Assembly (NCBI GenBank): GCA_000635495.1
Contig: JFLW01000089.1
Location: forward strand, 75,614 to 139,613
Length of the DNA: 64,000 nucleotides
Origin: Prochlorococcus sp. scB243_495K23
GTDB lineage: Bacteria > Cyanobacteriota > Cyanobacteriia > PCC-6307 > Cyanobiaceae
Direction of reading: 5' to 3'
In this document: in pieces, positions 19,429 through 31,397 of the stretch
Layout: the number at the start of each line of letters is the position of its first letter
How positions within the stretch are numbered: the first letter of the stretch is position 1
Notes under the pieces: generated by a model
Told to the model about the DNA's origin: nothing
The model's input: the letters and a program-made list of their open reading frames with translations, nothing else
Database searches by the model: none
Translations under genes and position numbers: made by a program

Positions 19429-20031
19429 TTAGGATTTTTCAAAATATTCTCTGGAGTATTTCGCTGAGAAATATACAACTAAAAAAGTTGAAATAATTCC
19501 AACACTAGTAATATATAAATTATTTGGTGATTGCACATTTTTTAACTCCTGAATACTTTTTGCCAAACTACCTATTGAGCAATAAAGAAAAGTGCCTGGA
19601 ATTATTCCAATAAGGCCAAGAGCGAAATCTCTAAATTTAACATTATTCAAACCATAAAAATAATTAAGAATACTGAAGGGAAATATCGGCGATAATCTGG
19701 CTAAAAAAATTAATTTAATTCCGCCTTTTTCTACTACTTTTTCCATAACACTTAATTTTGGATAACGGCTAAAAAGATTTTTTAGCTTTTTTGCAAAAAA
19801 ACTTTTTGATACAAAAAAAGCAACTGATGCTCCTATGGAAGCGGAAATAAAAACGATAATTGATCCTAAATATGAGCCATATAAAAAACCTGATAATAAA
19901 GATAACCAAGAGGCTGGAAGTATTAATAAAACAATTAAAATATAAATACAAACAAACGAAAAGATCCCAAAACCAGTATTAAAAAAAAAAGACAAATTAT
20001 AAATATTTTCAAGAAATATATTCATTCTCAA
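19429..20031 (-). CDS. DedA/TVP38-TMEM64 family membrane protein
   Basis: 200 aa and multi-pass hydrophobic. The segments LLSGFLYGSYLGSII and RLSPIFPFSILNYFYGL are typical of SNARE-associated/DedA proteins. Its ATG overlaps the valS stop by 4 nt. Confidence 0.75.
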   Translation of the reverse strand: MRMNIFLENIYNLSFFFNTGFGIFSFVCIYILIVLLILPASWLSLLSGFLYGSYLGSIIVFISASIGASVAFFVSKSFFAKKLKNLFSRYPKLSVMEKVVEKGGIKLIFLARLSPIFPFSILNYFYGLNNVKFRDFALGLIGIIPGTFLYCSIGSLAKSIQELKNVQSPNNLYITSVGIISTFLVVYFSAKYSREYFEKS

Positions 20032-22784
20032 TTCAAAAGTTCGAGTTTTTTAGTGATTCTTTCCTTTTGTACCGAACCCTCATTTAATTTAAATCTGCAT
20101 TCATCAACAATATCTTTTGGAGCCTTATCAACGAAATTGTTATTAGATAATCTCTTATGTAAATTTTCTAATTCAATATTCACCTTTTTTAAATCCTTGG
20201 TTAATCTTTCCTTTAATGCATCTATATTTACAAAATCCTGAAAAGGTAAATAAACCTCTAAATCACTAATTATCCCGGAAAAAGATTTAGCGAACTCTTT
20301 TTTATCAACAGCATTAGTTTTAAAAATAAATACTTCAGAAGATTTAGTTAAGGTTTGAATATCATCAACTAAAGTTTTTAAAAAATCAATCAATTCATCA
20401 TTGTCTGAAATTAAATATACAGGACTTTTTTCTGATGGCTTAAGACCTAATTCAGCTCTCAAATTTCTAATCAGCCTAATAATTTCAAAGAGTTGCTGAA
20501 AGGAATTATCAAGCTTATTATCAACAAATTTATTTTCGTGAATTGGCCATTTTTGAAGAGATAATAATGCATTATCTGGTTTTAGTTGCAGCACATGCCA
20601 AAGTTCCTCAGTAATGTGCGGCATAAAAGGATGAATCATTACCAAAATATCATTGAGCACTTTTATTAAAACTTTTTCAGATATTTGTCTATTTTTAGTC
20701 TCTTTATTATTAAACCTTTGTTTAGCAAATTCTACATACCAGTCACAAAAATCATTCCACGTAAATTCATATAGAAGTTTCGCAGATTCTCCCAATTTAT
20801 ATTCTGTCAACAAAGCAGCGACTTTTATATTTACCTGATTCAATTTCGATAAAATCCACTTATCACATAACTCTAAAGAAGTTTCATCACTCTCATTAAG
20901 CGAATAATTATTATTAGAAGTTTTATTAATTAACACAAATTTAGTTGCATTCCATAATTTATTCGCAAAATTTCTTGAAGCTTCAACGGTTGAAGATGTA
21001 TCTTTTTTCCTATCAAAATCAAGCCGGATATCTTGTCCAGCGCCTGCAACTTCTCGAATTAAAGCAAATCGTAGAGCATCAGAACCATATTTATCAATTA
21101 ATAGTATTGGATCAATACCATTACCTGAACTTTTACTCATTTTTTTATTGTTTTCATCTCGCACTAGACCATGAATATAAACATCCCTAAAAGGAATATT
21201 CTTTGTAAAAATATTCCCCATCATTGTCATTCTTGCCACCCAGAAGAAAATAATATCGAAACCAGTAACAAGAACACTATTTGGATACCATTTTTTAAAA
21301 TCAGGATCATTTATATTTGGCCAACCAAGGGTTGAAAAAGGCCACAAACCACTTGAAAACCATGTATCCAAAACATCTTTATCACGAACCAATTTAATAT
21401 TTAATCCAAATTTTTTATTAGCTTCGATTAAGGCATCCTCTTCATTTATTGCAACGATATATGGAGTATTTTGTTCTATTGAGTCTTGAGATTCATCTAA
21501 AACATACCAGGCCGGTATTTGGTGCCCCCACCACAATTGCCGACTGATACACCAATCATTAATATTCTCTAACCAATCCTTATAAACTTTCTCCCAGCGT
21601 GGAGGGATAAACGATGGTTTTTTAGAATCAATTTCATTAAGACATCCTTGTGATATATCATCCATTTTCAAAAACCATTGTGTTGACAATAAAGGTTCAA
21701 TTGGCACCTTACCTCTATCAGAAAAAGGAACAGTATGTTTATAATCCTCTATCTTTGTCAGCAGGCCTAAATTATCCAATTCTTTGATAATTTTCTTTCT
21801 AGCGTCATATCTATCTAAATTTTGAAAAATACCTGCATTAATATTTAAAGTTCCATCTTTGTTCATTACATTAATCTGTTTTAAATTATGCCTTTTTCCT
21901 ATTGCAAAATCATTTGGATCATGAGCTGGAGTAACCTTCACACAACCAGTACCAAAATCTTTATCAACATGTGAATCAGCGATAATAGGTATTTCTCTAT
22001 CAACGAAAGGAACTTTTACTTTGAGTCCAATAAATTCTTTATATCTATCATCATCAGGATTAACTGCCACAGCAGTATCACCCAAAAGAGTTTCTGGTCT
22101 TGTTGTTGCAACTTCTAAGTACTTATCTAAGTATTCACCACTTTCAGAAATTAAAGGGTATTTAAAATGCCATAAATGACCATTTACTTCTTGTATTTCA
22201 ACTTCAAGATCACTTACGGCAGATTGAGATTCAGGGCACCAATTAACCAAATATTCGCCTCTATAAATTAAATTCTTTTTATAAAGAATATTAAAAGCCT
22301 CAATAACTGCTTCATTTAATTTTTGATCAAGAGTAAATCTTTCTCTAGTCCAGTCAACTGAATATCCTATCCTTTTTAATTGAGAAACTATTCTTCCACC
22401 ACTTTGTTCTTTCCAGTTCCATGCTCTTTTGAGAAATTCATCTCTTCCAATATCCTCGCTTGTTTTGCCTTCACTTTTTAATTGTTTTTCGAGAATAGTT
22501 TGAACAGCTATTGAAGCATGATCAGTTCCCGGTAAACACAAAACATTCTTACCTAACAGTCTTTGAAAACGTACTACAACATCTATCAAAGCCGTATTAA
22601 ATGCATGCCCCATATGCAAAGATCCAGTTACATTTGGTGGCGGGATGACAACACAAAAAGGCTCGCCATCATCCTCAGGGTTAGGACTAAACGCCTTTAG
22701 ACTTTCCCATTTTTCTTGCCACTTTTTCTCTACTTCAAAAGGTGAATAATTCTCTAAAGATAATTGATCATTCATCTCTGTCAT
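20028..22784 (-). CDS. valS: Valyl-tRNA synthetase
   Basis: 918 aa. The class I HIGH-type motif (SLHMGHAFN) and KMSKS are present, with a C-terminal coiled-coil tail. Confidence 0.96.
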   Translation of the reverse strand: MTEMNDQLSLENYSPFEVEKKWQEKWESLKAFSPNPEDDGEPFCVVIPPPNVTGSLHMGHAFNTALIDVVVRFQRLLGKNVLCLPGTDHASIAVQTILEKQLKSEGKTSEDIGRDEFLKRAWNWKEQSGGRIVSQLKRIGYSVDWTRERFTLDQKLNEAVIEAFNILYKKNLIYRGEYLVNWCPESQSAVSDLEVEIQEVNGHLWHFKYPLISESGEYLDKYLEVATTRPETLLGDTAVAVNPDDDRYKEFIGLKVKVPFVDREIPIIADSHVDKDFGTGCVKVTPAHDPNDFAIGKRHNLKQINVMNKDGTLNINAGIFQNLDRYDARKKIIKELDNLGLLTKIEDYKHTVPFSDRGKVPIEPLLSTQWFLKMDDISQGCLNEIDSKKPSFIPPRWEKVYKDWLENINDWCISRQLWWGHQIPAWYVLDESQDSIEQNTPYIVAINEEDALIEANKKFGLNIKLVRDKDVLDTWFSSGLWPFSTLGWPNINDPDFKKWYPNSVLVTGFDIIFFWVARMTMMGNIFTKNIPFRDVYIHGLVRDENNKKMSKSSGNGIDPILLIDKYGSDALRFALIREVAGAGQDIRLDFDRKKDTSSTVEASRNFANKLWNATKFVLINKTSNNNYSLNESDETSLELCDKWILSKLNQVNIKVAALLTEYKLGESAKLLYEFTWNDFCDWYVEFAKQRFNNKETKNRQISEKVLIKVLNDILVMIHPFMPHITEELWHVLQLKPDNALLSLQKWPIHENKFVDNKLDNSFQQLFEIIRLIRNLRAELGLKPSEKSPVYLISDNDELIDFLKTLVDDIQTLTKSSEVFIFKTNAVDKKEFAKSFSGIISDLEVYLPFQDFVNIDALKERLTKDLKKVNIELENLHKRLSNNNFVDKAPKDIVDECRFKLNEGSVQKERITKKLELLN

Positions 22785-22881
22785 TTGTAAATTTTATTTC
22801 GATAAACTTTTTGTTTATTTTATCTTGAGAGCAGTCAATTAATGAAAATAATATTAGTTTGCAAAAAAAGACACATCCATT

Positions 22882-23223
22882 CTACAAAAGTTTGAAACCA
22901 GAACCACAGGAACAACGTTTTGCATTTTTTGGTGTTGAAATAAGAAATCCACCACCGCTCAAATCACCGTAATAATCTAATTTTAAATCTTTCAGTAAAT
23001 TAAACTTTTTTACATCCGCATATAAAGTTACTCCTTCAGTTCTTGAAATAGGGGATCCATTACATGTACCTGGCCTTAATTTAATATGCATCCATCCTTC
23101 GGAACAATTTTTATCCTCTACCAAATCAATCGACATTTCTCCTGGAGAACCTCCAAAAGAAGCTTGCCTAGATAGTTCTGAAGCAGCATTTTGACTGATT
23201 GAAAGATTGACGATCTCAGTCAT
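22882..23223 (-). CDS. HesB/IscA-family iron-sulfur cluster insertion protein
   Basis: The C-terminal CSCGSGF signature of A-type carriers is present. I chose the start at MTEIVNLSISQNAASEL because the longer ORF-track version (to 23268) runs into the tRNA-Val gene. Confidence 0.75.
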   Translation of the reverse strand: MTEIVNLSISQNAASELSRQASFGGSPGEMSIDLVEDKNCSEGWMHIKLRPGTCNGSPISRTEGVTLYADVKKFNLLKDLKLDYYGDLSGGGFLISTPKNAKRCSCGSGFKLL

Positions 23224-23238
23224 TAGAAAAATAATAAA

Positions 23239-23310
<72 letters not shown>

Positions 23311-23408
23311 TTATAATAGTTCATTCTAATAGATGAAGTTGAAAAATTTATACTAAGTATTTAAATATTTCATGATTGAGGCAAAATTTAATTAATAAAA
23401 TATATCCT

Positions 23409-24254
23409 ATGTCCTCAAACAATAGATATAAATTGGAAAACAATTCCGATTTAGAGACTATAAATAGTTTTAAAAACTTAATATCTAATATCAAAGCATT
23501 AAAAGATAAAACATGGGGCTGCCCATGGCAGAAAATACAGTCTCATATATCGTTGATCCCATTTTTGTATGAAGAAAGTAATGAATTTATAGATGCGATA
23601 TATGAAAAAAATGCAGATAACATGTGTGAGGAGTTAGGAGATCTTTTATTACAAGTCATGCTTCATGCTGAAATCGGTTACGAAGAAAAAGAATTTACAC
23701 TAAATGATGTTATAAAAAATCTAAACAAGAAAATTATTAATAGACATCCTTATATTTTTAACAAAAAAGAAAAAGTATCATTAAAAAAATCACAACAGAT
23801 TTGGGTAAATATAAAAAATTTAGAAAAAGAAGCACCTCATATGAAATCTCCAATTAGTAGAAATTTAAATTTGAAAATTAAAAATTTACCGCCAACGGCT
23901 GGAACAGGTAAAATCACAAATGTTGTTAAAGAACATGGCTTCAAGTGGGAAAGTACTGATGAGATTTTTAAAAAGTTAGAAGAAGAGATTAATGAATTAA
24001 AGGAAGCAATTAAAAGTAAAAATGATTCAGAGATAAAAAATGAATTTGGGGATATTTACTTTACCCTTCTTAATCTCTCAAACTTTTTAAAGATCAATCC
24101 TGAATCAGCTCTTCAAAAAACTAATATGAAATTTTTAGACAGATTTTCTATCGTCGAAGAGCATGCAGGAGATAATATTAAAAAACAAACTCCTAAAGAC
24201 TTTCAACGGCTTTGGCAAATAGCCAAACAAAAACTGGCGGGAAAAATTACTTAA
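23409..24254 (+). CDS. mazG: Nucleoside triphosphate pyrophosphohydrolase MazG
   Basis: Two MazG-type motifs are present: MCEELGDLLLQVMLHA and EFGDIYFTLLNLS. The ATG at 23409 is preferred over the TTG at 23376, but the start is uncertain. Confidence 0.8.
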   Translation: MSSNNRYKLENNSDLETINSFKNLISNIKALKDKTWGCPWQKIQSHISLIPFLYEESNEFIDAIYEKNADNMCEELGDLLLQVMLHAEIGYEEKEFTLNDVIKNLNKKIINRHPYIFNKKEKVSLKKSQQIWVNIKNLEKEAPHMKSPISRNLNLKIKNLPPTAGTGKITNVVKEHGFKWESTDEIFKKLEEEINELKEAIKSKNDSEIKNEFGDIYFTLLNLSNFLKINPESALQKTNMKFLDRFSIVEEHAGDNIKKQTPKDFQRLWQIAKQKLAGKIT

Positions 24255-24259
24255 AGCAA

Positions 24260-25111
24260 ATGACAGATATTACAACATGGATAGATGAATATCATAAAGG
24301 CTCAAGATTTGGCCTAAATGGGAAAATTCTAATTAAAAAAACCTCAAAATATCAAGAAATTATTGTTATTGAAAATGAATATTATGGTAAAGCTTTAATG
24401 TTAGATGGTTGCTGGATGACATCATTAAAAGACGAGAAATATTATCATGAGTGTCTTGTGCATCCTGCATTAAGTAGCATTGACGAAAAATCTAATGTAC
24501 TAATTATTGGAGGTGGTGACGGTGGTACTGTAAGAGAATGCGTTAAATATTCTCAAATATCAACAATTGATCTAGTAGAAATTGATGAGGAGGTAATCAA
24601 AATATCTAAAAAATTTCTAGAAGAAATTGCAGGCGAAGCATGGAATGACAAAAGATTAGAAATACATATTGATGATGGCGTTAAATGGGTAAAAAAAACA
24701 AAAGATAATTTTTACGACGTTATATTTATAGATTGTTCAGATCCCTCAGAATTTTCAAATTTATTATTTTCACATTCTTTTTATAAAGAATGTAAAAGAA
24801 TACTTGCACCAAGGGGGATATTAGCAACTCAAAGCGAATCTCCTGAATCCTTCAAAAATATTCATATAAATATTTTGAAAAGCCTAAAAAATATATTTAA
24901 ATTTTCTGAAACTATGTATTCCTTTGTGCCTATATATCCAAGCGGGATTTGGAGTTGGACATTTGCTTCTTCAGAAGATTTAAGTTTATCAAAGCAAAAT
25001 TATGATGAAGTCGTAAAAATAGAAAAAGGATGTGAAATTTGGAATTTAAATTTTCAAAATGCAGCATTCAAAATGATGCCAAACAAAATTGTAAAAGAAC
25101 TAGATTCATAA
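24260..25111 (+). CDS. speE: Spermidine synthase
   Basis: The IIGGGDGGTVRE and FIDCSDP motifs are present. I chose the ATG at 24260 (MTDITTWIDEYHKG), just after the mazG stop, instead of the overlapping upstream start in the ORF track. Confidence 0.9.
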   Translation: MTDITTWIDEYHKGSRFGLNGKILIKKTSKYQEIIVIENEYYGKALMLDGCWMTSLKDEKYYHECLVHPALSSIDEKSNVLIIGGGDGGTVRECVKYSQISTIDLVEIDEEVIKISKKFLEEIAGEAWNDKRLEIHIDDGVKWVKKTKDNFYDVIFIDCSDPSEFSNLLFSHSFYKECKRILAPRGILATQSESPESFKNIHINILKSLKNIFKFSETMYSFVPIYPSGIWSWTFASSEDLSLSKQNYDEVVKIEKGCEIWNLNFQNAAFKMMPNKIVKELDS

Positions 25112-25112
25112 G

Positions 25113-25994
25113 ATGACAAAAAATTTATTTGATAACGAAAATGCAATTTATATGGGAGCAAAAAGAAGTCCCAAAAATTGCTCAATTGGAATATTTGGAG
25201 TTAATTATGACGGGACATGTTCGTTTAAACCAGGAGCAAGATTTGGTCCAGAAGCAATAAGACAAGTCAGCTCTTGTTTAGAAACATATTGTCCAAAAAT
25301 AAAAAAAGACTTAGAGGATATTATGTATGTTGATTTTGGATCAATACTAATTGATAAAAATGACTCAAAGTCCGTTATTGAATCGGTTAAATCAGCAACA
25401 AATTATTTAATTAGTAAACGCCTTAGTCCTATTATGCTTGGCGGCGAACACTCTATTACAAGAGGTGCAATTGAAGCATTAGTAAAAAAATATCCAGATT
25501 TGATATTGGTTCAACTTGATGCTCATGCAGATTTAAGAGAATCATATATAGGAAATGAACATAGTCATGCTTGTACTATGAAAAGGTGCTTAGAAGTGCT
25601 ACCTGAAAAGAAAATTTTGCAAGTAGGAATTAGAAGTGGGACTAAGGAAGAATTTGAAATTATGCATAACAACAACCAATTAGTTAACTTTTGTCCAGGC
25701 GGAAATGCATATGAGTTAAAACAAGCTCTTCTTCCATACGCTAAGTCTCCAATCTATTTAACAATAGATTTAGATTGGTTTGATCCCAGTTTATTAGCAG
25801 GGACGGGCACTCCAGAACCGGGAGGATTTTTTTGGAATGATTTTGAAGAGATACTTAAAACTTTAAAAGACCTTAGGATCGTGGGATCAGATATTGTGGA
25901 ATTATCTCCAGAAATTGATAGAAGCGGAGTAAGTAGCATAGTTGCAGCCAAAGTACTTAGAAGCTTAATTTTGTCATTAGAAAATATGCAATAA
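25113..25994 (+). CDS. speB: Agmatinase (arginase/ureohydrolase family)
   Basis: Metal-binding motifs GGEHSIT, LDAHADLRE and TIDLDWFDPS are present. The gene starts 1 nt after the speE stop. Confidence 0.88.
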   Translation: MTKNLFDNENAIYMGAKRSPKNCSIGIFGVNYDGTCSFKPGARFGPEAIRQVSSCLETYCPKIKKDLEDIMYVDFGSILIDKNDSKSVIESVKSATNYLISKRLSPIMLGGEHSITRGAIEALVKKYPDLILVQLDAHADLRESYIGNEHSHACTMKRCLEVLPEKKILQVGIRSGTKEEFEIMHNNNQLVNFCPGGNAYELKQALLPYAKSPIYLTIDLDWFDPSLLAGTGTPEPGGFFWNDFEEILKTLKDLRIVGSDIVELSPEIDRSGVSSIVAAKVLRSLILSLENMQ

Positions 25995-26026
25995 AAAATT
26001 TCTAAACTAAAGTGTAGAAATACTAA

Positions 26027-27157
26027 ATGGAAACTAAATATTTCATGGATTTGCTAAAAAGTCCTCTTTATTCAAAATATGTTGAATCCAATGCAAAATT
26101 AGTGGATTTTGCAGGTTGGGAAATGCCCATATCATTTTCAGGATTAATTAAAGAGCATGAATCAGTTAGATATTCAGCAGGATTATTTGATATTTCTCAC
26201 ATGGGTGTGATTTCTATCAAGGGAATCAATCCAAAGGATTATATTCAAAAACTTTTTCCTACCAATTTATACTCCTTTTGTGAAGGTCAGGGGCTTTATA
26301 CAGTAATGCTCAATGATAAAGGAGGAATAATAGATGACTTAATAATTCATGACCTTGGTATACAAAAAAATGACATATCAGAATTATTGTTAATAGTTAA
26401 TGCAAGTAGATATGAAGAAGATTCTCAGTGGATAAAAAATAATTTAAATATATCTGAAATTTCGATAACAAACTTTAAAAAAGACAAAGTACTTTTAGCA
26501 CTACAGGGAAAAAACTCATTCGGTTTATTTGAAGAATGGATTGAATCTTCAATCTCACATATCCCTAACTTTGGATGCGAATATAAAATTTTTGAACATA
26601 TTTCGCCTAAGGAAAAAATTTTCTTTTCAAAGACAGGTTATACGGGGGAAAATGGTCTAGAAATACTTTTATCTAAAAAAGCAGCAATTAATTTATGGGA
26701 TTTCTTAATTTCTAAAAATGTTGCACCTTGTGGTTTAGGAGCTAGAGATACTCTTAGACTTGAAGCAGGCATGCATCTTTATGGGCAAGACATAAATGAA
26801 GAAACTTCTCCATATGAAGCAGGGTTAGGATGGCTAGTACATCTAGAAAATAATCACGAATTCATTGGCAGAAGAGTTCTTGAAGAGCAGTCAAGATTAG
26901 GCATTCAAAAAAAGTTAGTTGGTCTCTCTATAAAAGGTAAAGCAATAGGAAGAAAAGGGTGTGCAGTGCTTAAAGGTGATGAGAATATTGGAACTATCAC
27001 TAGCGGCAGTTGGTCTCCAACTAAACAACAAGCTATTGCTTTTGCATACATCAATACTTCGCATGCCTTAATAAATAATGAAGTTGAAATATTAATAAGA
27101 GGCAAAAAATTCAACGGGGTTATAACAAAAAGAGCGTTTTATAAAAAGAATTATTAA
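26027..27157 (+). CDS. gcvT: Aminomethyltransferase, glycine cleavage T protein
   Basis: The [10 protein letters not shown] and [12 protein letters not shown] motifs are present. 376 aa. An alternative start exists at 26045 (MDLLKSPLY). Confidence 0.92.
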   Translation: METKYFMDLLKSPLYSKYVESNAKLVDFAGWEMPISFSGLIKEHESVRYSAGLFDISHMGVISIKGINPKDYIQKLFPTNLYSFCEGQGLYTVMLNDKGGIIDDLIIHDLGIQKNDISELLLIVNASRYEEDSQWIKNNLNISEISITNFKKDKVLLALQGKNSFGLFEEWIESSISHIPNFGCEYKIFEHISPKEKIFFSKTGYTGENGLEILLSKKAAINLWDFLISKNVAPCGLGARDTLRLEAGMHLYGQDINEETSPYEAGLGWLVHLENNHEFIGRRVLEEQSRLGIQKKLVGLSIKGKAIGRKGCAVLKGDENIGTITSGSWSPTKQQAIAFAYINTSHALINNEVEILIRGKKFNGVITKRAFYKKNY

Positions 27158-27212
27158 CTAAATTTACCCTTAAAGAATTATTATAAGTTATTGATAAATA
27201 AACCATACTTAG

Positions 27213-29009
27213 ATGAGAAACAAAATTTGTGAAGAACTCAATAATACAGATATTGGTAAATTAGTTAATTTATGCGGATGGGTAGATAGAAGAAGAGATC
27301 ATGGTGGTGTAATTTTTATTGATTTAAGAGACCATAGTGGATTCCTACAAATAACAATTAACCCCGATGATGGTGCAGATCTATTTAAACAGGCAGAAAC
27401 TTTAAGAAATGAAACAGTAATAATGGTCAGCGGAATTATTAATGAAAGGCCCAAAGATTCCATAAATACAAATTTAAGTACTGGAGAGTTAGAGCTTAAG
27501 GTTAAAGATTTACAAATTCTCAACCAAATTAAAAACAACTTACCTTTTCCAGTATCTATACATGATTATGAAAATACAAAAGAGGAACTCAGATTAAAAT
27601 ATAGATACCTTGATTTAAGAAGGGGAAAATTACTAAAAAATTTAAAAACAAGACATAAGATTATTAAAGTTGCTAGAGAATTTCTTGATAATTTTGGATT
27701 TACAGAAGTAGAGACCCCATTACTTACAAAGTCAACTCCTGAAGGGGCTCGTGATTTTCTTGTTCCTGCACGTCTTTCAAATGGAGAATTTTTTGCTTTA
27801 CCTCAATCCCCACAACTCTTTAAACAACTTTTAATGGTTGGGGGCTTAGATAAGTATTATCAAATCGCAAAATGTTTCCGTGATGAAGACTTAAGGGCAG
27901 ATAGACAGCCAGAGTTTACTCAATTAGATATTGAGATGAGCTTTATTAGTGAAGAAGAAATAATTTCTTTTAATGAAAGTCTCATAAAAAAAATATGGAA
28001 AGAAGTGTTAAATATTAATTTTAATAATGCTTTTCCAAGAATGACATGGAATGCAGCAATGGATAATTACGGCACTGATAGACCAGATACTAGATATCAA
28101 ATGTTATTGAAAGATTTAGGAGGAGTATTAGGTAATATTGGATTTAATATTTTCACCAAGGCAATTAAGTCTGGAGGGTATATAAAATCGATAACAGTCA
28201 AAGGAGGCAATTCAAGTATTAGCAACGTAAGAATTAAACCGGGAGGTGACATCTTCAAAGTAGCTCAAGACGCAGGAGCTGGTGGTTTAGCCTTTATAAG
28301 GGTCAAAGGAGATGAGCTTGAGACTATTGGGGCAATTAAAAATAATTTAAGTGAAGAGCACATAGCTGATATTTTAAAAATCACAGAAGCAAAAAATGGA
28401 GACTTAATCCTCTTAGGAGCTGGAGATAAACAAATTGTCAATCAGTCATTAGATAGGGTTAGACAATATATCGCAAAAGAATTAAATCTCATAGATAAAA
28501 GCAAATGGAATTTCTTATGGGTAACTGACTTCCCTATGTTTGAGAGAAATGAAGATGAAAATAGATATGAAGCTTTACATCATCCTTTTTGTTCTCCAAA
28601 AAATATTAAATCTAAAGATTCTGAAAACTTGAAAAAAGAAATTGAGAGCTCTACAGCAAATGCTTATGACTTAGTTCTTAATGGATTGGAGTTAGGAGGT
28701 GGCTCTTTACGTATTCATGAGGCGAACTTACAAAGACAGGTTCTGAAAACGGTAGGACTTACTGATAAAGAGATTGATGAAAAATTTGGATTTTTAATAG
28801 AAGCCTTAGAAATGGGGGCTCCTCCTCATGGTGGAATAGCGTTTGGATTGGATCGTATTACCATGCTGATTATTGGTGCAGATTCAATCAGAGAAACCAT
28901 TGCTTTTCCAAAAAATCAACAAGCAAAATGTCTTCTCACAAATGCACCTTCAAATGTCTCTGAATCACAATTAAAAGAATTAGATATTGAAATAACAATT
29001 GATGAATAA
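27213..29009 (+). CDS. aspS: Aspartyl-tRNA synthetase
   Basis: An N-terminal OB domain is present, with class II motifs [18 protein letters not shown] and [10 protein letters not shown]. 598 aa. Confidence 0.96.
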   Translation: MRNKICEELNNTDIGKLVNLCGWVDRRRDHGGVIFIDLRDHSGFLQITINPDDGADLFKQAETLRNETVIMVSGIINERPKDSINTNLSTGELELKVKDLQILNQIKNNLPFPVSIHDYENTKEELRLKYRYLDLRRGKLLKNLKTRHKIIKVAREFLDNFGFTEVETPLLTKSTPEGARDFLVPARLSNGEFFALPQSPQLFKQLLMVGGLDKYYQIAKCFRDEDLRADRQPEFTQLDIEMSFISEEEIISFNESLIKKIWKEVLNINFNNAFPRMTWNAAMDNYGTDRPDTRYQMLLKDLGGVLGNIGFNIFTKAIKSGGYIKSITVKGGNSSISNVRIKPGGDIFKVAQDAGAGGLAFIRVKGDELETIGAIKNNLSEEHIADILKITEAKNGDLILLGAGDKQIVNQSLDRVRQYIAKELNLIDKSKWNFLWVTDFPMFERNEDENRYEALHHPFCSPKNIKSKDSENLKKEIESSTANAYDLVLNGLELGGGSLRIHEANLQRQVLKTVGLTDKEIDEKFGFLIEALEMGAPPHGGIAFGLDRITMLIIGADSIRETIAFPKNQQAKCLLTNAPSNVSESQLKELDIEITIDE

Positions 29010-29084
29010 GAATATGTATGGATGTTCTAAAAATTTTTTGTTTAAATAAAATATAAGGAGGCTGTGCTTAATTAAAAATATTTA

Positions 29085-30695
29085 ATGTCAAAATTTGTAT
29101 TTGTCACCGGAGGAGTAGTTTCTAGCATTGGTAAAGGAATTGTTGCTGCAAGCTTAGGAAGATTATTAAAGTCTAGAGGATATAGTGTTTCAATATTAAA
29201 ACTAGATCCATATCTAAATGTTGATCCAGGAACAATGAGCCCTTTCCAACATGGAGAAGTATTTGTAACAGAAGATGGGGCTGAAACCGATCTAGATTTA
29301 GGTCACTATGAAAGATTTACTGATACTGCAATGACTAGGTTAAATAGTGTGACTACGGGATCTATCTATCAAGCAGTTATCAATAAAGAAAGAAGAGGTA
29401 GTTATGACGGTGGAACTGTGCAAGTAATACCTCACATAACAGGAGAAATAAGAGAAAGAATTCATAGAGTAGCCGCAAACAGTAATGCAGAGATTATAAT
29501 TACTGAAATTGGTGGGACAGTTGGTGATATTGAATCTCTACCTTTTTTAGAGGCAATAAGAGAATTCAAAAATGATGTCAATAGGAATGATGTTGCATAC
29601 ATACACGTAACATTACTTCCTTACATCAAAACCTCTGGCGAAATAAAAACTAAACCAACACAACATTCAGTAAAAGAATTAAGATCAATTGGAATTCAGC
29701 CAGATTTACTTGTATGCCGAAGTGATAAATCTATAAATGAAGCTCTTAAAAAGAAGCTTAGTGGTTTTTGCGGTGTCAGTATCAACTCTGTAATTGAAGC
29801 TTTAGACGAAGACAGTATTTATTCTGTACCTCTTTCTTTAAAAAAAGAAGGTTTATGCAAAGAAACCCTGAAGTACTTAGACCTTGAAGATAAAAAATGT
29901 GATTTGAAAAATTGGGAGCACCTTATACACAACCTAAGAAATCCTGGGGCTCCAATCAAAGTTGCCTTAGTAGGTAAATACATTGAACTTGGAGATGCAT
30001 ATTTATCCGTTGTTGAAGCTTTAAGACATGCATGCATTGAACAAAAGGCTTTATTAGATTTACATTGGGTAAGTGCTGAAATGATAGAAAAAAATTCAGC
30101 AGAGACTTACTTAAATAAAGTTGATGCAATTGTGGTACCCGGGGGATTTGGCAATAGAGGAGTAAATGGAAAAATTTCGGCTATAAAATTCGCAAGAGAA
30201 AATAAAATTCCCTTTTTAGGTTTATGCCTTGGTATGCAATGTGCAGTTATAGAATGGGCCAGGAATGTAGCTAATCTCCCAAATGCTTCTAGTTCAGAAC
30301 TAGACCCAAATACTCCCAATCCAGTGATACATTTATTACCAGAACAGGAAGATGTAGTTGATTTAGGTGGGACAATGAGACTTGGAGTTTATCCATGTAG
30401 ATTGACAAAAAATACAACTGGAAAAAACTTATATAATGAGGATATTATTTATGAGAGACATCGACATAGATACGAATTTAATAATTACTACAAACAAAGT
30501 TTTTTAGATTCTGGATACAAAATTAGTGGTACATCACCAGATGGCAGATTAGTTGAGTTAATTGAATTAGAAAATCATCCATACTTCTTAGCATGTCAAT
30601 ATCATCCTGAGTTTTTATCACGACCTGGCAAACCACATCCTTTATTTAAAGGTTTAATAAAAGCCTCTCAAGATAAGTTAACTCAATCAAATTAA
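29085..30695 (+). CDS. pyrG: CTP synthase
   Basis: [18 protein letters not shown] is the expected N-terminus. The glutaminase site GLCLGMQ and the motif HRHRYE are present. 536 aa. Confidence 0.96.
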   Translation: MSKFVFVTGGVVSSIGKGIVAASLGRLLKSRGYSVSILKLDPYLNVDPGTMSPFQHGEVFVTEDGAETDLDLGHYERFTDTAMTRLNSVTTGSIYQAVINKERRGSYDGGTVQVIPHITGEIRERIHRVAANSNAEIIITEIGGTVGDIESLPFLEAIREFKNDVNRNDVAYIHVTLLPYIKTSGEIKTKPTQHSVKELRSIGIQPDLLVCRSDKSINEALKKKLSGFCGVSINSVIEALDEDSIYSVPLSLKKEGLCKETLKYLDLEDKKCDLKNWEHLIHNLRNPGAPIKVALVGKYIELGDAYLSVVEALRHACIEQKALLDLHWVSAEMIEKNSAETYLNKVDAIVVPGGFGNRGVNGKISAIKFARENKIPFLGLCLGMQCAVIEWARNVANLPNASSSELDPNTPNPVIHLLPEQEDVVDLGGTMRLGVYPCRLTKNTTGKNLYNEDIIYERHRHRYEFNNYYKQSFLDSGYKISGTSPDGRLVELIELENHPYFLACQYHPEFLSRPGKPHPLFKGLIKASQDKLTQSN

Positions 30696-30713
30696 TATTC
30701 TTTATTTTTTTGA

Positions 30714-31391
30714 ATGAAAATGACAAATTTTTTACCCTTAGTCGAACAATTTCATTCATTACAAGGTGAAGGTTATCACGCTGGAAAAAGTGCTTTTTTT
30801 GTAAGATTAGCGGGATGTAAAGTTGGATGTTCATGGTGCGATACCAAGAATTCATGGGACGAGAAAAAACACCCTTCTATATCAATTGAAAAAATAATAG
30901 ATCGCATAAAAATTGCCAGAAAAAAAGGAGCATCTTTTTGCGTTATTACAGGTGGAGAACCTTTACAACATAACTTGGACAATTTTTGCAAAGCTATAAA
31001 AAAAATGACAATGGGTGAAGAACAAAAGCCAATGAAGATTCATATTGAGACAAGTGGAGTTAATTCGATATCAGGAAGCTATGACTGGATTACTTTATCT
31101 CCTAAAAGACACTCACCTCCAAAAAATTATTTTTTAAAAAACTGTAATGAGATCAAAATAATCATAAATGAAATAGAAGATATTGAATTTGCTATTCAAA
31201 TAAAAAAAGCAACTTTAAAACAATATCAACTCTCTAAAAGCGAAGACGACTTAAAAAAAGAAGATAAAATTTTTTATTTACAGCCAGCATGGAACAATGC
31301 GAATGGTTTTTCTCTTGCTATTGATTTCGTAAAAAATAACCCCGATTGGAAATTGAGCCTTCAAACTCACAAATACTTAAAAATTAATTAA
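30714..31391 (+). CDS. queE: 7-carboxy-7-deazaguanine synthase (radical SAM)
   Basis: The CKVGCSWCDT CxxxCxxC radical-SAM cluster motif is present, as is LQGEGYHAGKSAFFVRLAGC. The gene lies upstream of queC. Confidence 0.8.
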   Translation: MKMTNFLPLVEQFHSLQGEGYHAGKSAFFVRLAGCKVGCSWCDTKNSWDEKKHPSISIEKIIDRIKIARKKGASFCVITGGEPLQHNLDNFCKAIKKMTMGEEQKPMKIHIETSGVNSISGSYDWITLSPKRHSPPKNYFLKNCNEIKIIINEIEDIEFAIQIKKATLKQYQLSKSEDDLKKEDKIFYLQPAWNNANGFSLAIDFVKNNPDWKLSLQTHKYLKIN

Positions 31392-31397
31392 AATCAT